Positions 8,255 to 18,908 of a stretch of 64,000 nt of DNA are shown in pieces. Origin of the DNA: a virus (taxonomy: Duplodnaviria; Heunggongvirae; Uroviricota; Caudoviricetes); the IMG/VR virus record IMGVR_UViG_3300034095_001584. One strand, 5' to 3'. The notes below the pieces were generated by a model. It was not told the DNA's origin. It did no database searches and saw only the letters and a program-made list of their open reading frames with translations. A program made the position numbers and the translations under genes. Position 1 is the first letter of the stretch, and every line of letters begins with the position of its first letter.

Positions 8255-9411
8255 CTATTTTTTACATTTATCAAATCATTTTCATATGTCTTTAATGATT
8301 TAATGTGAAGTTTGAATATATCATATTCCATTTCACCTAGTTCACCTGAGTCTTTCAAGACGTTAGGTAGATGTGAAGTTAAAAAGTCATATCTATCTTT
8401 GTTAAATAATGATCCATCAAATTCAACAATTACATCATTATTTTTTTGTTCATCAATATTTTTAATTTTTGATGATAAATCAAATGACGTTTTTGATTGT
8501 TCTTGATTTATATATTCATTTTTTTTGCAATTTACGTATAAATTACTGGCCCATGGTTCTAAATGTTGCAATAATGATGTGTTGCAATTATGTATAATGA
8601 AACCAATGTTAAATTTTGGTGTTAATATTGGATAACTGTATTCATCATTTTTTATCCAACTTCCCCATTTTCTTATAAAATTTCTTGAGTTTTTGTAACA
8701 ACATTCTTTATAGAAATCATCATCTTTTTGAATTTTTTCAGTCCATCTGTGTCCTCTACATGTCAAATGGTATACAAGGGCATCTCTGGATTGTATCAAT
8801 TCAAATCCATTTAGTATCCATCTTTGAAAGATATCACTATCTTCATATGGAAATGGTGAGAACATATGATCATGTCCTCCAATTGATTGAAAATCTTTTT
8901 TATACAAAATCCAAGGGGCAAACATGCCTTTTGTTGTTTTATCTTTTGAATTCAATTGTTCAGTTGAACAAAATGATTCAAATTTTGTAATATCAAGATT
9001 ATCAAAATCTAATCCAAAATTTTGTGTTATTTTCTCCTTACCTGAAGGATGTAAAGGTGGTTCTACTCTTGTAGCACATACCACCTTATTTGGTTTTAAA
9101 TGTTTTAATAGATTTTCTACATAATTTGGACCAATGATCATATCCGCATGCAATATGCTAACAATATCATTTTTTGCTAGATTTATGCCAACGTCATACA
9201 AGACTGTATGACCAACTCTAGATTTACTTCTATATTTTTGAATATTTGTATCAGTCAATGACAGTATCCATTCCCACGTTCCATCTAAAGATCCGTCATC
9301 CAATAATATTATTTCATGATTAGATGCATGTTTTTTGATACTAAAATATGCATTTTTTAGATGTCTAAGATTATTATAACTTGGTATAATAAAACTAATT
9401 GTAGGTTTCAT
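8251..9411 (-). CDS. GT2 glycosyltransferase with C-terminal extension
   Basis: ISFIIPSYNN, IILLDDGSLDGT, LHADM, EDSDIF. Confidence 0.85.
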   Translation of the reverse strand: MKPTISFIIPSYNNLRHLKNAYFSIKKHASNHEIILLDDGSLDGTWEWILSLTDTNIQKYRSKSRVGHTVLYDVGINLAKNDIVSILHADMIIGPNYVENLLKHLKPNKVVCATRVEPPLHPSGKEKITQNFGLDFDNLDITKFESFCSTEQLNSKDKTTKGMFAPWILYKKDFQSIGGHDHMFSPFPYEDSDIFQRWILNGFELIQSRDALVYHLTCRGHRWTEKIQKDDDFYKECCYKNSRNFIRKWGSWIKNDEYSYPILTPKFNIGFIIHNCNTSLLQHLEPWASNLYVNCKKNEYINQEQSKTSFDLSSKIKNIDEQKNNDVIVEFDGSLFNKDRYDFLTSHLPNVLKDSGELGEMEYDIFKLHIKSLKTYENDLINVKNS

Positions 9412-10015
9412 ATTTTCTTTCTAAAAAGTCTTCTGTTAATTTATATTTTTTCTTTTTTAGGAATACTTGCCATCCAAAGTATAATACTTCATATAAATCT
9501 CTGTATATATACATAAAAGCATCTATTGCTGGTTTTGGTGTTTCTGTATCTACTCTATCAGATCCCCAACCGTAATCATCTAATATCATAATACCATCTT
9601 GTTTTAATAAGTTCCATGATATTACCATATCTTCTAATACGTTTTTTGCATGATGACTTCCGTCAACATAAACAAAATCAGCAAATTCATAACAATTGTT
9701 ATTATGATTTAGTGTTCTCAATACGTCAAATGAATTTCCTTTTATAAAAGTTACATTTTTATATACTGATAAGTTGTGTTTTAATAACTCATGTTCTTCA
9801 ATATCAATACAATATAAATGTCCTGATTCTTTTATAATATTTTCAATTGACCATACTGCACTCCCTCCGCAAAATGATCCAATTTCAATTCCAATATTGT
9901 TGTCTTTTTGTTTTAGAGGATCTAAAATTTGATTCCATACTGGAATATGGTTTTCATGGAAATTTAACCATTTGTCTTCCGGGAATTTTACATGTTTTGG
10001 CCATTCATAATTCAT
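9395..10015 (-). CDS. class I SAM methyltransferase (Methyltransf_24-like)
   Basis: IEIGSFCGGS, YVDGSH, GIMILDDY. Confidence 0.85.
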   Translation of the reverse strand: MNYEWPKHVKFPEDKWLNFHENHIPVWNQILDPLKQKDNNIGIEIGSFCGGSAVWSIENIIKESGHLYCIDIEEHELLKHNLSVYKNVTFIKGNSFDVLRTLNHNNNCYEFADFVYVDGSHHAKNVLEDMVISWNLLKQDGIMILDDYGWGSDRVDTETPKPAIDAFMYIYRDLYEVLYFGWQVFLKKKKYKLTEDFLERKYETYN

Positions 10016-10899
10016 AATTTAATTAAATGATTATATTTTTCTTTGTTTATGTTACTTGGATATGTGGAAAAGGAAGTATTTGTTAATGATGGAAAAAATC
10101 CCCATTTTTTGTAAAATTTTTGTGCTCCAATTTTTTCATAATTCTTGGCAGTTTCTGCTCTTACAATTTCATCATTAGGAAAATTACTTTTATCTGATCT
10201 ACTACCAAAGTGAAATACTATTGAATTAGTAGTCATTATAAATTTATAATTTGCTAATTGCATTCTTATAAAGAGATCAATGTCTTCCCAAAATGCTGGT
10301 TGATATATTGGATCATTGCCTCCAATATAGTCCCAATCTTTTTTTCTAATTAATCCTGATACTCCTTCACCTTTTTCTATTTCAATATCATTATTTAATT
10401 TTGAAAATTCTTCTGCGTATTGTATGAAATAGTCTTCATCAAAATTATCATGTTTATATCCAAAATCTTCATATGGAAACATTATTGTTCCTGGTCTGTT
10501 ATTTTCTTTCCATATATTTGGTTGAAATCTTTGTGATGAAACCCACAGAGGTGTGTTTGGATACTTTTCAAATAACTTCAAACATTCTAAATCCCAATTT
10601 TTTGAAACAAAAAAGTCAGCGTGTAAAAACATGATATATTCAGTTTTCACATGAGATGCACATAAATTCATTCCACCACCAATTCCTTTGGTTGTTTCAA
10701 CAGAATTATTTTCAATAAAAACGGTTAATTTATATTTATCTTTATTTTCCTCTAACCATTTATATGTATCATCTTTATCACAATTTTCAGCAAATACAAT
10801 AAATTCAGCATCTTTAAAATGTGAATATGTTCTAACTGAATGTACAGCTAATTTTAGATAATTTAAATTGTTACAACAACTTACACAAAATGTAATCAT
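10012..10899 (-). CDS. GT2 glycosyltransferase
   Basis: IGGGMNL, IMFLHADF, WEDIDLF, FHFGSRS. Confidence 0.8.
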   Translation of the reverse strand: MITFCVSCCNNLNYLKLAVHSVRTYSHFKDAEFIVFAENCDKDDTYKWLEENKDKYKLTVFIENNSVETTKGIGGGMNLCASHVKTEYIMFLHADFFVSKNWDLECLKLFEKYPNTPLWVSSQRFQPNIWKENNRPGTIMFPYEDFGYKHDNFDEDYFIQYAEEFSKLNNDIEIEKGEGVSGLIRKKDWDYIGGNDPIYQPAFWEDIDLFIRMQLANYKFIMTTNSIVFHFGSRSDKSNFPNDEIVRAETAKNYEKIGAQKFYKKWGFFPSLTNTSFSTYPSNINKEKYNHLIKL

Positions 10900-11633
10900 A
10901 ATTTATATGAAGATCCTTCTAGTCTTACTTGGTTAAATTCTTTGAGTAAATTTGATTTAGTAAAAAATTTAGTTTGTCCTTCTTCTGCTCTTTTACAATA
11001 TTCATTTACATCAAATTCAACTGCTTTTAATTTTACTGTTAAACTATTATAATGTAAAGCAGATAATCTATCCATTACTCCCATTTTCCAATTGTGTTTT
11101 TTACACATAATAGCAAACAAAGCATCAATTCCCCATCCATATATAAGGTCTGAATCAATTTCTTTAATCTCCTTTAAAACATCTTTATGTATTAAAGGCA
11201 TTTGAAAATCAATAAATGGTACTTCTCTAGTTTTAGATTTCCCCCAATTATGCATTGTTTTCCAAAAACATTGACCAGTTGGTTCAACATTAAAAAAACA
11301 TGCACTTAATATTTTAAAGTTTTCATTAAACATTTCTGTTCTTAGAGTTTTTACAAACTCATACCCAAATACAATTAAATCATTATTTAAAAATAACAGT
11401 GAATCATATTCATCTGATGTTAATACTAATTGCATTGCTGCGTTAAATCCTCCTCCCATATAACAGTTGGTATCTAATGCATGAGTGGTATATTGACTCA
11501 TTTTTTCAGATATAGATCCATTATCAATTACAATTAAATCATATATATTTGATTGATAAGGACTTAAGTTATTATACAAATAATCAGTATATTCCGGTAA
11601 GTTATGATTTAATATTGCTACTAATGTTTTCAT
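10896..11633 (-). CDS. GT2-like glycosyltransferase
   Basis: LIVIDNGS, GGGFNAA, LFLNNDL, GWGID. Confidence 0.75.
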   Translation of the reverse strand: MKTLVAILNHNLPEYTDYLYNNLSPYQSNIYDLIVIDNGSISEKMSQYTTHALDTNCYMGGGFNAAMQLVLTSDEYDSLLFLNNDLIVFGYEFVKTLRTEMFNENFKILSACFFNVEPTGQCFWKTMHNWGKSKTREVPFIDFQMPLIHKDVLKEIKEIDSDLIYGWGIDALFAIMCKKHNWKMGVMDRLSALHYNSLTVKLKAVEFDVNEYCKRAEEGQTKFFTKSNLLKEFNQVRLEGSSYKL

Positions 11634-12439
11634 TAATATTCTAGTGGAAGGTTTGAACTACTTTGCATTACTACTCCAACATAGTTTTCTGCCCAGTCTT
11701 TTAATGTATATCCTAAATTTTTATATTCTATATATTGTTGATAATAATGAAAAAATTTAAATGGAGGTTCAACTGGATATAATTTTATCTCATTGCTATA
11801 TAATAACCATTCACCATACCAAGAAAATTCTGAAGGTCTTTGTTGAATCAATTGGTGAAATTTAATTCCATTTGGTTCCAAATAATTTTTTTCTAAAGAC
11901 TCCCATACTTTTCTTGACCAAATAACAGGACCTGGACCAAAATCATATATTTTTCCTTTACGATCAAACAAATTCATTACAAATTTTCGTTCTTCAATAA
12001 AACTATTCTTAGGATTAAATCCTAATATATTTTGATTTTTGGTACTCCAGGCAAACAAATCTTTTTGTTCATGCATAACAGTATATGGCGTTTCACTATC
12101 ATACATAAACATATCTTCATTGAATTCTTTAATAAAATAAGAATCTGAGTCTATCATCAAATAATTGTTACACACATTTAATTTCCAAAATGAAGATTTT
12201 ACTATTTGTTGAGATTCCCATCCTCTCATTGTAGGAATATTATTGTATATATCTTCATCAGCAACAAATTTTACATAATCACTTCCTATTTGATTTTTAA
12301 ATAAATTTAAATCTGTACTTGGAACTGACGTATAAAAATCTAAGTTTTTTACATTAAATTTTTTTACAGAGTTTACCAATTTTTTATAACGTTCAATATC
12401 TCTATTGAATGATTTACAATATATAACAAAATTTTTCAT
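11633..12439 (-). CDS. GT-A fold protein (DUF6492-like)
   Basis: SQQIVK, YLMIDSDSYF DxD motif, SEFSWYG. Confidence 0.6.
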   Translation of the reverse strand: MKNFVIYCKSFNRDIERYKKLVNSVKKFNVKNLDFYTSVPSTDLNLFKNQIGSDYVKFVADEDIYNNIPTMRGWESQQIVKSSFWKLNVCNNYLMIDSDSYFIKEFNEDMFMYDSETPYTVMHEQKDLFAWSTKNQNILGFNPKNSFIEERKFVMNLFDRKGKIYDFGPGPVIWSRKVWESLEKNYLEPNGIKFHQLIQQRPSEFSWYGEWLLYSNEIKLYPVEPPFKFFHYYQQYIEYKNLGYTLKDWAENYVGVVMQSSSNLPLEY

Positions 12440-13209
12440 ACAATATTCCAGATTTTATTTAATACAAAATGTGAAGCTTGATTTCTAAAATTTAAATCAC
12501 CACACAAGTGAAAAACATTAATACAATCATTTATATGAACAACTGGATCTATTCTTCTGTTTAATTCATCTGTATAATCATAAAAAAAGTTTTGTGCATG
12601 CCAAGCTAATACATTATAACTTCTAGGAAGAAGATTTAATCCCATATTTGATTTTGACAATTCAAAGTTTAAAATAGTTTGGTCATTTAAATCATCTGCT
12701 TTATTGTGAATTGCAAATTCATTTTTATTTTTAAAATAGAATTCTTGGGTTTTTTTAAATACTTCTCTATGAGATTTATTTACAATAATAAATCCTGAAT
12801 TAAAATATGTATCCCACGTTACAAATTCATCTTCTTTATAAAAATGATCTTTAAATAATCTAACTAATCTATTTAACTGTGGACCAAATCCATTATCTAA
12901 AACAGCAGTAAACTTTCCGTTTGTCAATTCAAAAAAATTTTTACAATTTTTTGTTGGAATTGTATCATGATCTACTATTGCCATTTGATCATATTCAATT
13001 CCATTTTTATCAATTATGTCCATGGTCCACATTTTTTGCATTTGTGGTACAATATAATCAAAATTTGCAATTGGGGTGTCAATTATAAAAAAATCACAAT
13101 TATTTTTCTCACACCATTTTTTCCATCCTATTTTACAAAATTTAACAAAATCTGGTTCTACTTGGTTTATATCTTTTTTGAAATCCGGCATCACTACTAT
13201 ATTTTTCAT
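12436..13209 (-). CDS. GT8/GT34-like glycosyltransferase
   Basis: WCEKNN, IVDHDT DxD, YFNSGF, DQTILN. Confidence 0.75.
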   Translation of the reverse strand: MKNIVVMPDFKKDINQVEPDFVKFCKIGWKKWCEKNNCDFFIIDTPIANFDYIVPQMQKMWTMDIIDKNGIEYDQMAIVDHDTIPTKNCKNFFELTNGKFTAVLDNGFGPQLNRLVRLFKDHFYKEDEFVTWDTYFNSGFIIVNKSHREVFKKTQEFYFKNKNEFAIHNKADDLNDQTILNFELSKSNMGLNLLPRSYNVLAWHAQNFFYDYTDELNRRIDPVVHINDCINVFHLCGDLNFRNQASHFVLNKIWNIV

Positions 13210-14069
13210 AGGATTGATTCTATAACTTTCTTTGTTGTTAACTTATCTTTTGTGTACTTTAATAATATATCAACATATTCATCATAAAAATTTAATATAT
13301 TATCTTCTTTGTTTATTATATTCATAACCTTAATTATTATGTCTTTTGGAAAATGACTCATTGTATATTTAGGACATTTTTCCAATTCAGGAAAATATGG
13401 AATACAACCGTTCATTAATATTTCATAATGTCGTAAACAATCCCATCCGCCTTTTTTAAAGGTTACTCCAAAATATGATTTTTGATAATCTTCATAATAA
13501 GGAAATTCTTCAGTGAATATATAAGTCTGAGGATCACCAGGAATTACATAACCATAATCTTTTTCTTTTTTTGGTACTGAATTTAATACTAATTCCTCTG
13601 GTATACAAAATCCAATTGGTCTCAATTCTTCACTTGGTTCATAAACTAACTCTCTTTTAAAATAAATACCTTTACCAAAAAAATTACGGTTTATAGTAGT
13701 ATTATCTTCACCGTCAATAATGATAATATCTTTTTTATTGTATATTGAAGTTATTTCATTAAATAATAAACTGTTTCTTGTTATAGACCCATACACAATC
13801 TTATCAAAAAATTTATTTTTTATTTTTTCATGTAAATTAGATCTGTCTATGTTAATTCTTGGTAATTTTCCATATAACGTGAACCCTCTACCATATGACA
13901 TTCCATTTTCTGGTACTCTATGATTCCAATACTGTTTCATGTCATCATACATGTACCATGCATCATTACAGTCTACACAACTATCACCAAACACTGACCT
14001 CAGTCCATGAAAAATCATGTCACTTTGAAAATCAGGTAAATCAAAATTTGAAATATAGAGTATTTTCAT
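13206..14069 (-). CDS. GT-B-like glycosyltransferase
   Basis: IDGED, YFKRE, GGWDCLRHYEILMNGCIPYF. Confidence 0.7.
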   Translation of the reverse strand: MKILYISNFDLPDFQSDMIFHGLRSVFGDSCVDCNDAWYMYDDMKQYWNHRVPENGMSYGRGFTLYGKLPRINIDRSNLHEKIKNKFFDKIVYGSITRNSLLFNEITSIYNKKDIIIIDGEDNTTINRNFFGKGIYFKRELVYEPSEELRPIGFCIPEELVLNSVPKKEKDYGYVIPGDPQTYIFTEEFPYYEDYQKSYFGVTFKKGGWDCLRHYEILMNGCIPYFPELEKCPKYTMSHFPKDIIIKVMNIINKEDNILNFYDEYVDILLKYTKDKLTTKKVIESIL

Positions 14070-14075
14070 TTTATA

Positions 14076-14627
14076 TCAATCATTTATTTTATATCCAAAT
14101 ATAAATGCGTCATGATTTTGACCTGCATATAATGTAGATTTAAACCCTAAATTGATATAGTCTTCAAAAGTCCAATGTGATATATGTTTTTCATATACAT
14201 TTCCATACATTTCATCTTGATGATTTACACCATGAGGAGTTTCAATCATCATATATTTAAAATATGGATTTAACCTTTCAAATGTTTTTATTGCTTCATC
14301 TTTACTTACATGTTCTGGTCCATGTTGCCATAAAAACAAGTCATATTTTTTATCAGGTGTATAATTTCTAATATCATCACATATTGCTTTTATACTTGGT
14401 TGTGTGATTGATTTTAAGTTTGGTTCATAGATTTCAACAATAGTTACTTGCTTATTTTGTGATATCAAGTAATCTACAAATGTTTTGTCAGAATCATGTC
14501 TCCACCCAACCATTAAGATATCTTTTGTTACTTTAAATAAATTATCTACTTTATCTTTAAAATGAATATCAAGAAAATCTTCATTATTGTTTCTATTTTT
14601 GAATTGAGATGTAAATGTATATGACAT
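14076..14627 (-). CDS. class I SAM methyltransferase-like protein
   Basis: ILMVG..., IVEIYEPN, CDDIR, YDLFLWQHGPEHV. Confidence 0.65.
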   Translation of the reverse strand: MSYTFTSQFKNRNNNEDFLDIHFKDKVDNLFKVTKDILMVGWRHDSDKTFVDYLISQNKQVTIVEIYEPNLKSITQPSIKAICDDIRNYTPDKKYDLFLWQHGPEHVSKDEAIKTFERLNPYFKYMMIETPHGVNHQDEMYGNVYEKHISHWTFEDYINLGFKSTLYAGQNHDAFIFGYKIND

Positions 14628-14628
14628 A

Positions 14629-15363
14629 TTATTTTGGTATTATATCTAATAATTGATCAAAAGTCAAGAATCCCGTATTTGTTTTTGTATGTTTATTTGA
14701 GGCGTGATGAATCAATAATTGTTCTAATTTATCTACAGGATATACCTTTTCCAACGTATTAGGCAAACCAGGCCATAAATTTGACTTATAAAAATTTGAA
14801 GCGGCTGCTTCTAAACCAGGACCTAGATTTAGAGTAAATTGATTATTTGATATGAATTTTTTAAGATGCCTTTGTTCTAGTAGATAACATCCTTGATGAA
14901 CATTGTTTAATGTAAAATACAATTTATTATTTATTGTTTTAAATGTTGGTAGATGATTGTGTGTACAACCAGGCATAAATTCATTTAAATACTTTTTGTT
15001 ATTACAGTCTTCATATCTTATGAATCCAACAGTGGTATTATCATCTAATAGACTGTTTTCTTCTATAAATGTATCAAGTGTTGATTCATTTATTATGATA
15101 TCATTTTCTAAATATAGAAATAGATCATAATCATTAATAGATATTGGAATATGTTTTCTGTGTTCTGTAACTAAGTTTTCTTTTATAGATTTATCATATG
15201 TAATAACTTTTACATTATTCAATAAATAAATAGGATTGACTGGTTCTGTTGTATAGATTATGACATCAAGTTTATATTTTTTATAAGATAAAACCGTTTC
15301 TAATACTTTATAAAATTCACTATGGTTAGTGAATGATGCGATATAACATAATATTTTTTTCAT
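14629..15363 (-). CDS. GT-A-like protein
   Basis: YDLFLYLENDIII, VGFIRYE, NVHQGCYLL; similar to 42722-43498. Confidence 0.55.
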   Translation of the reverse strand: MKKILCYIASFTNHSEFYKVLETVLSYKKYKLDVIIYTTEPVNPIYLLNNVKVITYDKSIKENLVTEHRKHIPISINDYDLFLYLENDIIINESTLDTFIEENSLLDDNTTVGFIRYEDCNNKKYLNEFMPGCTHNHLPTFKTINNKLYFTLNNVHQGCYLLEQRHLKKFISNNQFTLNLGPGLEAAASNFYKSNLWPGLPNTLEKVYPVDKLEQLLIHHASNKHTKTNTGFLTFDQLLDIIPK

Positions 15364-16019
15364 ACTTTTATAATATTGTGGAATTTGTTTCTGTAATATA
15401 CTTGTGGGTTAAATCCCGGATCACAATAAATATTACACTTTAAATTAAATAAATCCATTAACACTGGTGAGGATGTACATCCAAAGTGTCTTTCTTTAGA
15501 TTTTACTGAATACCATACATTTTTTTCAAACGGAGTATTATACGGGTCTAGTTCAGTTACGTCTGAAGGCATCATTTTTTTCCATATTGGCCAATAACCG
15601 TTTTTTTGATGTGCAACTTCCATTGTTACTTTTTCATGTGGTATATCATCAAATTCAATTAATGTTGGTACATAATCATGATCTACACCTAGTCCATGTC
15701 GTTCCGCATAATATTGGGGAACATAGTCATTTAATGTAACCGATCTATAAAATCCAAAATTAAGATAAGATCCTGTGATACCAAAATCTGATGGATTAAA
15801 ATCAAAATTTCTAGAGTCTAATGCATTAGATCCAACATCAACATATGTAATTTCTTGTGTAAATGGTTGGTGACGTAGAAATTTATCTATTATTGGATAC
15901 ATATAGTAATTTTTTGTTACTACAAAGTGTACTTTTTCTTTGTGTGTTTTATAATACCATGATGCAACTGGCCATAATAAGAAAAAATCTCCAATCCAAC
16001 TAACATTTGTAAATATCAT
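15360..16019 (-). CDS. GT9-like (GT-B) protein
   Basis: N-terminal IGDFFLLWP motif; similar layout to 44580-45308. Confidence 0.45.
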   Translation of the reverse strand: MIFTNVSWIGDFFLLWPVASWYYKTHKEKVHFVVTKNYYMYPIIDKFLRHQPFTQEITYVDVGSNALDSRNFDFNPSDFGITGSYLNFGFYRSVTLNDYVPQYYAERHGLGVDHDYVPTLIEFDDIPHEKVTMEVAHQKNGYWPIWKKMMPSDVTELDPYNTPFEKNVWYSVKSKERHFGCTSSPVLMDLFNLKCNIYCDPGFNPQVYYRNKFHNIIKV

Positions 16020-16031
16020 AATAATATATTT

Positions 16032-16694
16032 TTATTTTTTTAAATGAAATACTGCAAAACCAAACCACCATTTATCATCCAAGTGAGCAAAGTTACTATC
16101 TACAATTGAACCTTTTTCTAATTCAACTTTATATAATATTTCTAATCCAAGTTCTGAAATAGCATCATATGTTCCCTCTCTTACACCCCATCCACTAGTG
16201 TCCCAATCATCTACACATAATATAAATTCATCCGCAAAAGATTTATAAAAATGAGTTATTCCACTTTTATGTTCATTATATGAATGGTGACCATCATAAA
16301 GATAAACATTTATGTTTTGTATTTGATTGGTATCAATGTTTTTATAATCCGTGTTATAAAAATTTTTTGGGGTATTGCCAATTATTTTTGTAAAATTATT
16401 TAGAAATGCATTTTTAGTTCCTTCTGGACCTAATTGACTAGGAAATTCACTGTAATTATCAATTAGAAAATAATCATCTACATTTTTAGAATATAAAGAT
16501 GATATTGAAGTACTACCTTTATAACAACCAACTTCTAAATACCTATCACCTGATTTTATTAAATTGTTGAGTAGATGTCTAATCTTTGGACTTGAACATC
16601 CTTCTAACATACGTATTTCATCAGTAATGTTTGATTCACATTCAATTGCTTTTGATACTGCAGTTTTAATTCTTTCTGTGTAATTGTTTTTCAT
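16032..16694 (-). CDS. class I SAM methyltransferase (Methyltransf_24-like)
   Basis: YLEVGCYKGST, YLYDGHH, CVDDW; start MKNN at 16694. Confidence 0.85.
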   Translation of the reverse strand: MKNNYTERIKTAVSKAIECESNITDEIRMLEGCSSPKIRHLLNNLIKSGDRYLEVGCYKGSTSISSLYSKNVDDYFLIDNYSEFPSQLGPEGTKNAFLNNFTKIIGNTPKNFYNTDYKNIDTNQIQNINVYLYDGHHSYNEHKSGITHFYKSFADEFILCVDDWDTSGWGVREGTYDAISELGLEILYKVELEKGSIVDSNFAHLDDKWWFGFAVFHLKK

Positions 16695-17428
16695 GGTCTT
16701 AATATATCTATAAAATCTATTCCTTGACATGGAATATTAAATTTTTCTATTAATTTAAATAAAATTCCTTCACCACATCTCCAATCCGGTCTTACTATTG
16801 ATAAATAATAGTTTAAATTGTAAAATAAACTGCAGTATGTGTTCATATATGTATCATTTGATATTGCAAAAAAATCATGTATATGATCATGATGCACTTG
16901 ACTTGATACATTCATTATATTTGGGTTTATATTCTCATATATCAATTTATAACGATAAGTAACATCAAATCTGGCTCGTATTACAAGATCATAATTTATA
17001 TTACTTTCTTTTGAGTACAATTCTTTTTGTAAATTTGACATCATTATGCTATACCACATACTGTGGATCATATTTACAAAATATTTTGCTCCATCAGGAT
17101 TGTTAAAATGATTACATTTTGATTCCCATAGTGGTTTAAAATAATGTTCTACTTTTTCTCCATTTATTATATTAACATTAAAAGTTTTTGGTTTTTCAAA
17201 TAAGAATTTTTTTGGCTTATATAAATCTAATATTTTACTATTGATGTTTACGTCTTGTGTGACATTTCTCCATATTCCGTCATTTCTAAATTGATAACTT
17301 TTATCTTCATCTATCCATGAATGAACAAATACATCAACATCATAACCACGTATTAAATTTTCATAAATATTTGGAAACGCTTTTTCAACAAAACGGGGTT
17401 GGCCTGATAGACATAATGCAATTTTCAT
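16691..17428 (-). CDS. glycosyltransferase-like protein
   Basis: MKIALCLSGQPR, VFVHSW, YDLVIRARFD, HDFFAI. Confidence 0.6.
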   Translation of the reverse strand: MKIALCLSGQPRFVEKAFPNIYENLIRGYDVDVFVHSWIDEDKSYQFRNDGIWRNVTQDVNINSKILDLYKPKKFLFEKPKTFNVNIINGEKVEHYFKPLWESKCNHFNNPDGAKYFVNMIHSMWYSIMMSNLQKELYSKESNINYDLVIRARFDVTYRYKLIYENINPNIMNVSSQVHHDHIHDFFAISNDTYMNTYCSLFYNLNYYLSIVRPDWRCGEGILFKLIEKFNIPCQGIDFIDILRP

Positions 17429-17430
17429 AA

Positions 17431-17751
17431 TTAACAAATATACTTGTCAGTTGGATCTGAAGGGGTTCTAATTACTAATATTTCAGTATCTTCTAGAAAA
17501 TTACTCTCAGAGATTTCATTAGGAAGAAATACAAATATATCTCCTTTATTTAACAGTTTACCGCAAATATTAACTTTTCCATTTAAAACTAAATTGTATT
17601 CAGTGCTTTTTGCATGATAATGTTTTATCCCAACAAATCCTTTTGGATGAAATTGAACTGATACTTCAAAATTTTCATTTTTAAATAATGATGGTTCAAA
17701 ATTACCTAAGAACCATCCATTTTTAAAATTTTTAATGTTATCATAAATCAT
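17431..17751 (-). CDS. cupin-domain protein
   Basis: GWFLGNFEP, HYHAKSTEYNLVLNG, GDIFVF. Confidence 0.8.
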   Translation of the reverse strand: MIYDNIKNFKNGWFLGNFEPSLFKNENFEVSVQFHPKGFVGIKHYHAKSTEYNLVLNGKVNICGKLLNKGDIFVFLPNEISESNFLEDTEILVIRTPSDPTDKYIC

Positions 17752-18908
17752 ATTTTTTGTAATCTATTTTGGTGTCTTCCGCCATCAAATGTATTATTAA
17801 GTATAGAAGTTAGAATATTATTTAAATCTTCATCAGTCTTTATATATTTTGATGAAATTGAGAAAAAGTTTGCGCAATTATGTCTGACTGCATATTCAGC
17901 AAAATATGAATCAACAATTAATGCGGATCTTATTCCTTCTATTTTGTTGGCACATATATTAATTCCTTGTCCACTTCTACAAAAACCAAATCCAAAATCT
18001 GTTTTTTTCTCTATTATTGATTTACAACTAAGTTTTACATAATCTGAGTAATCACAATCATTTTCATTAAATGTACCAAAATCAATATAATTGATATTAT
18101 TTTGATCAAGAAGTTTCTTAAATTTTTCTTTTATTTCAAATCCTGAATGATCAGAACATATTGACGCTATTTTTTTATTTTCTTTCCATGATTTCAATGA
18201 ATTGTTAATAAAAAAATTGTATTCATCTGGAGTACCAAATACATGCATCTTTTCCACTTCTGATGTATATATCTTAAGACCGTCATTAATTAGTAAATTG
18301 TATAATGGACAAATATAGTATTCATTATTTGTTTTTAGATTTTCTTCAATCATCTTTTTTGCATATTTAACAAACAATTTGCCTGATTTGAAATGATATA
18401 ATCCAACAGAAGCATTATTACTTATAACACTTTTTTCTTTTGTTTTAATTACAAATCCTTCATTATTTAATTGTGAATAACTGTAATTAGGAGAATTTGA
18501 TTTAAACGTTAATATACAACCGTCTAAATTTGAATTTATTTGATGTGGATTAAGTTTTTTCTCAAAATAGACATCAGAACAGTGTATTAATAAAGGTAAA
18601 TCATTGTCAATTAACTCTTCAGCTAATAAACAAGAACAAACAGATCCTTCTGTAATTTTATCTGTTACTACTATTTGTATGTCATTTCCAAATTTGCTTT
18701 TTAGGAAACTATCAATACAAAATTCATCAACATGTTCTTTTCTTACTATAAAGATAAGGTTACAATCAGTATAGTCTATACAACTCATTGTCCATTCAAT
18801 GATTGTTTTTTTATCTAATAAAATTAAAGGTTTTGGTGCTATATAAACTTCTTTTGGGAATCTAGAACCTTTTCCTGCAATAGGGATTAACAAATTAAAT
18901 TTTTTCAT
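17748..18908 (-). CDS. sugar nucleotidyltransferase fused to RpiB/LacAB-type sugar-phosphate isomerase
   Basis: LIPIAGKGSRF, PKPLI, EYYICP, GTPDEY then SDHSGF, FCRSGQGINICANKIEGIRSAL, FDGGRHQNRL. Confidence 0.88.
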   Translation of the reverse strand: MKKFNLLIPIAGKGSRFPKEVYIAPKPLILLDKKTIIEWTMSCIDYTDCNLIFIVRKEHVDEFCIDSFLKSKFGNDIQIVVTDKITEGSVCSCLLAEELIDNDLPLLIHCSDVYFEKKLNPHQINSNLDGCILTFKSNSPNYSYSQLNNEGFVIKTKEKSVISNNASVGLYHFKSGKLFVKYAKKMIEENLKTNNEYYICPLYNLLINDGLKIYTSEVEKMHVFGTPDEYNFFINNSLKSWKENKKIASICSDHSGFEIKEKFKKLLDQNNINYIDFGTFNENDCDYSDYVKLSCKSIIEKKTDFGFGFCRSGQGINICANKIEGIRSALIVDSYFAEYAVRHNCANFFSISSKYIKTDEDLNNILTSILNNTFDGGRHQNRLQKI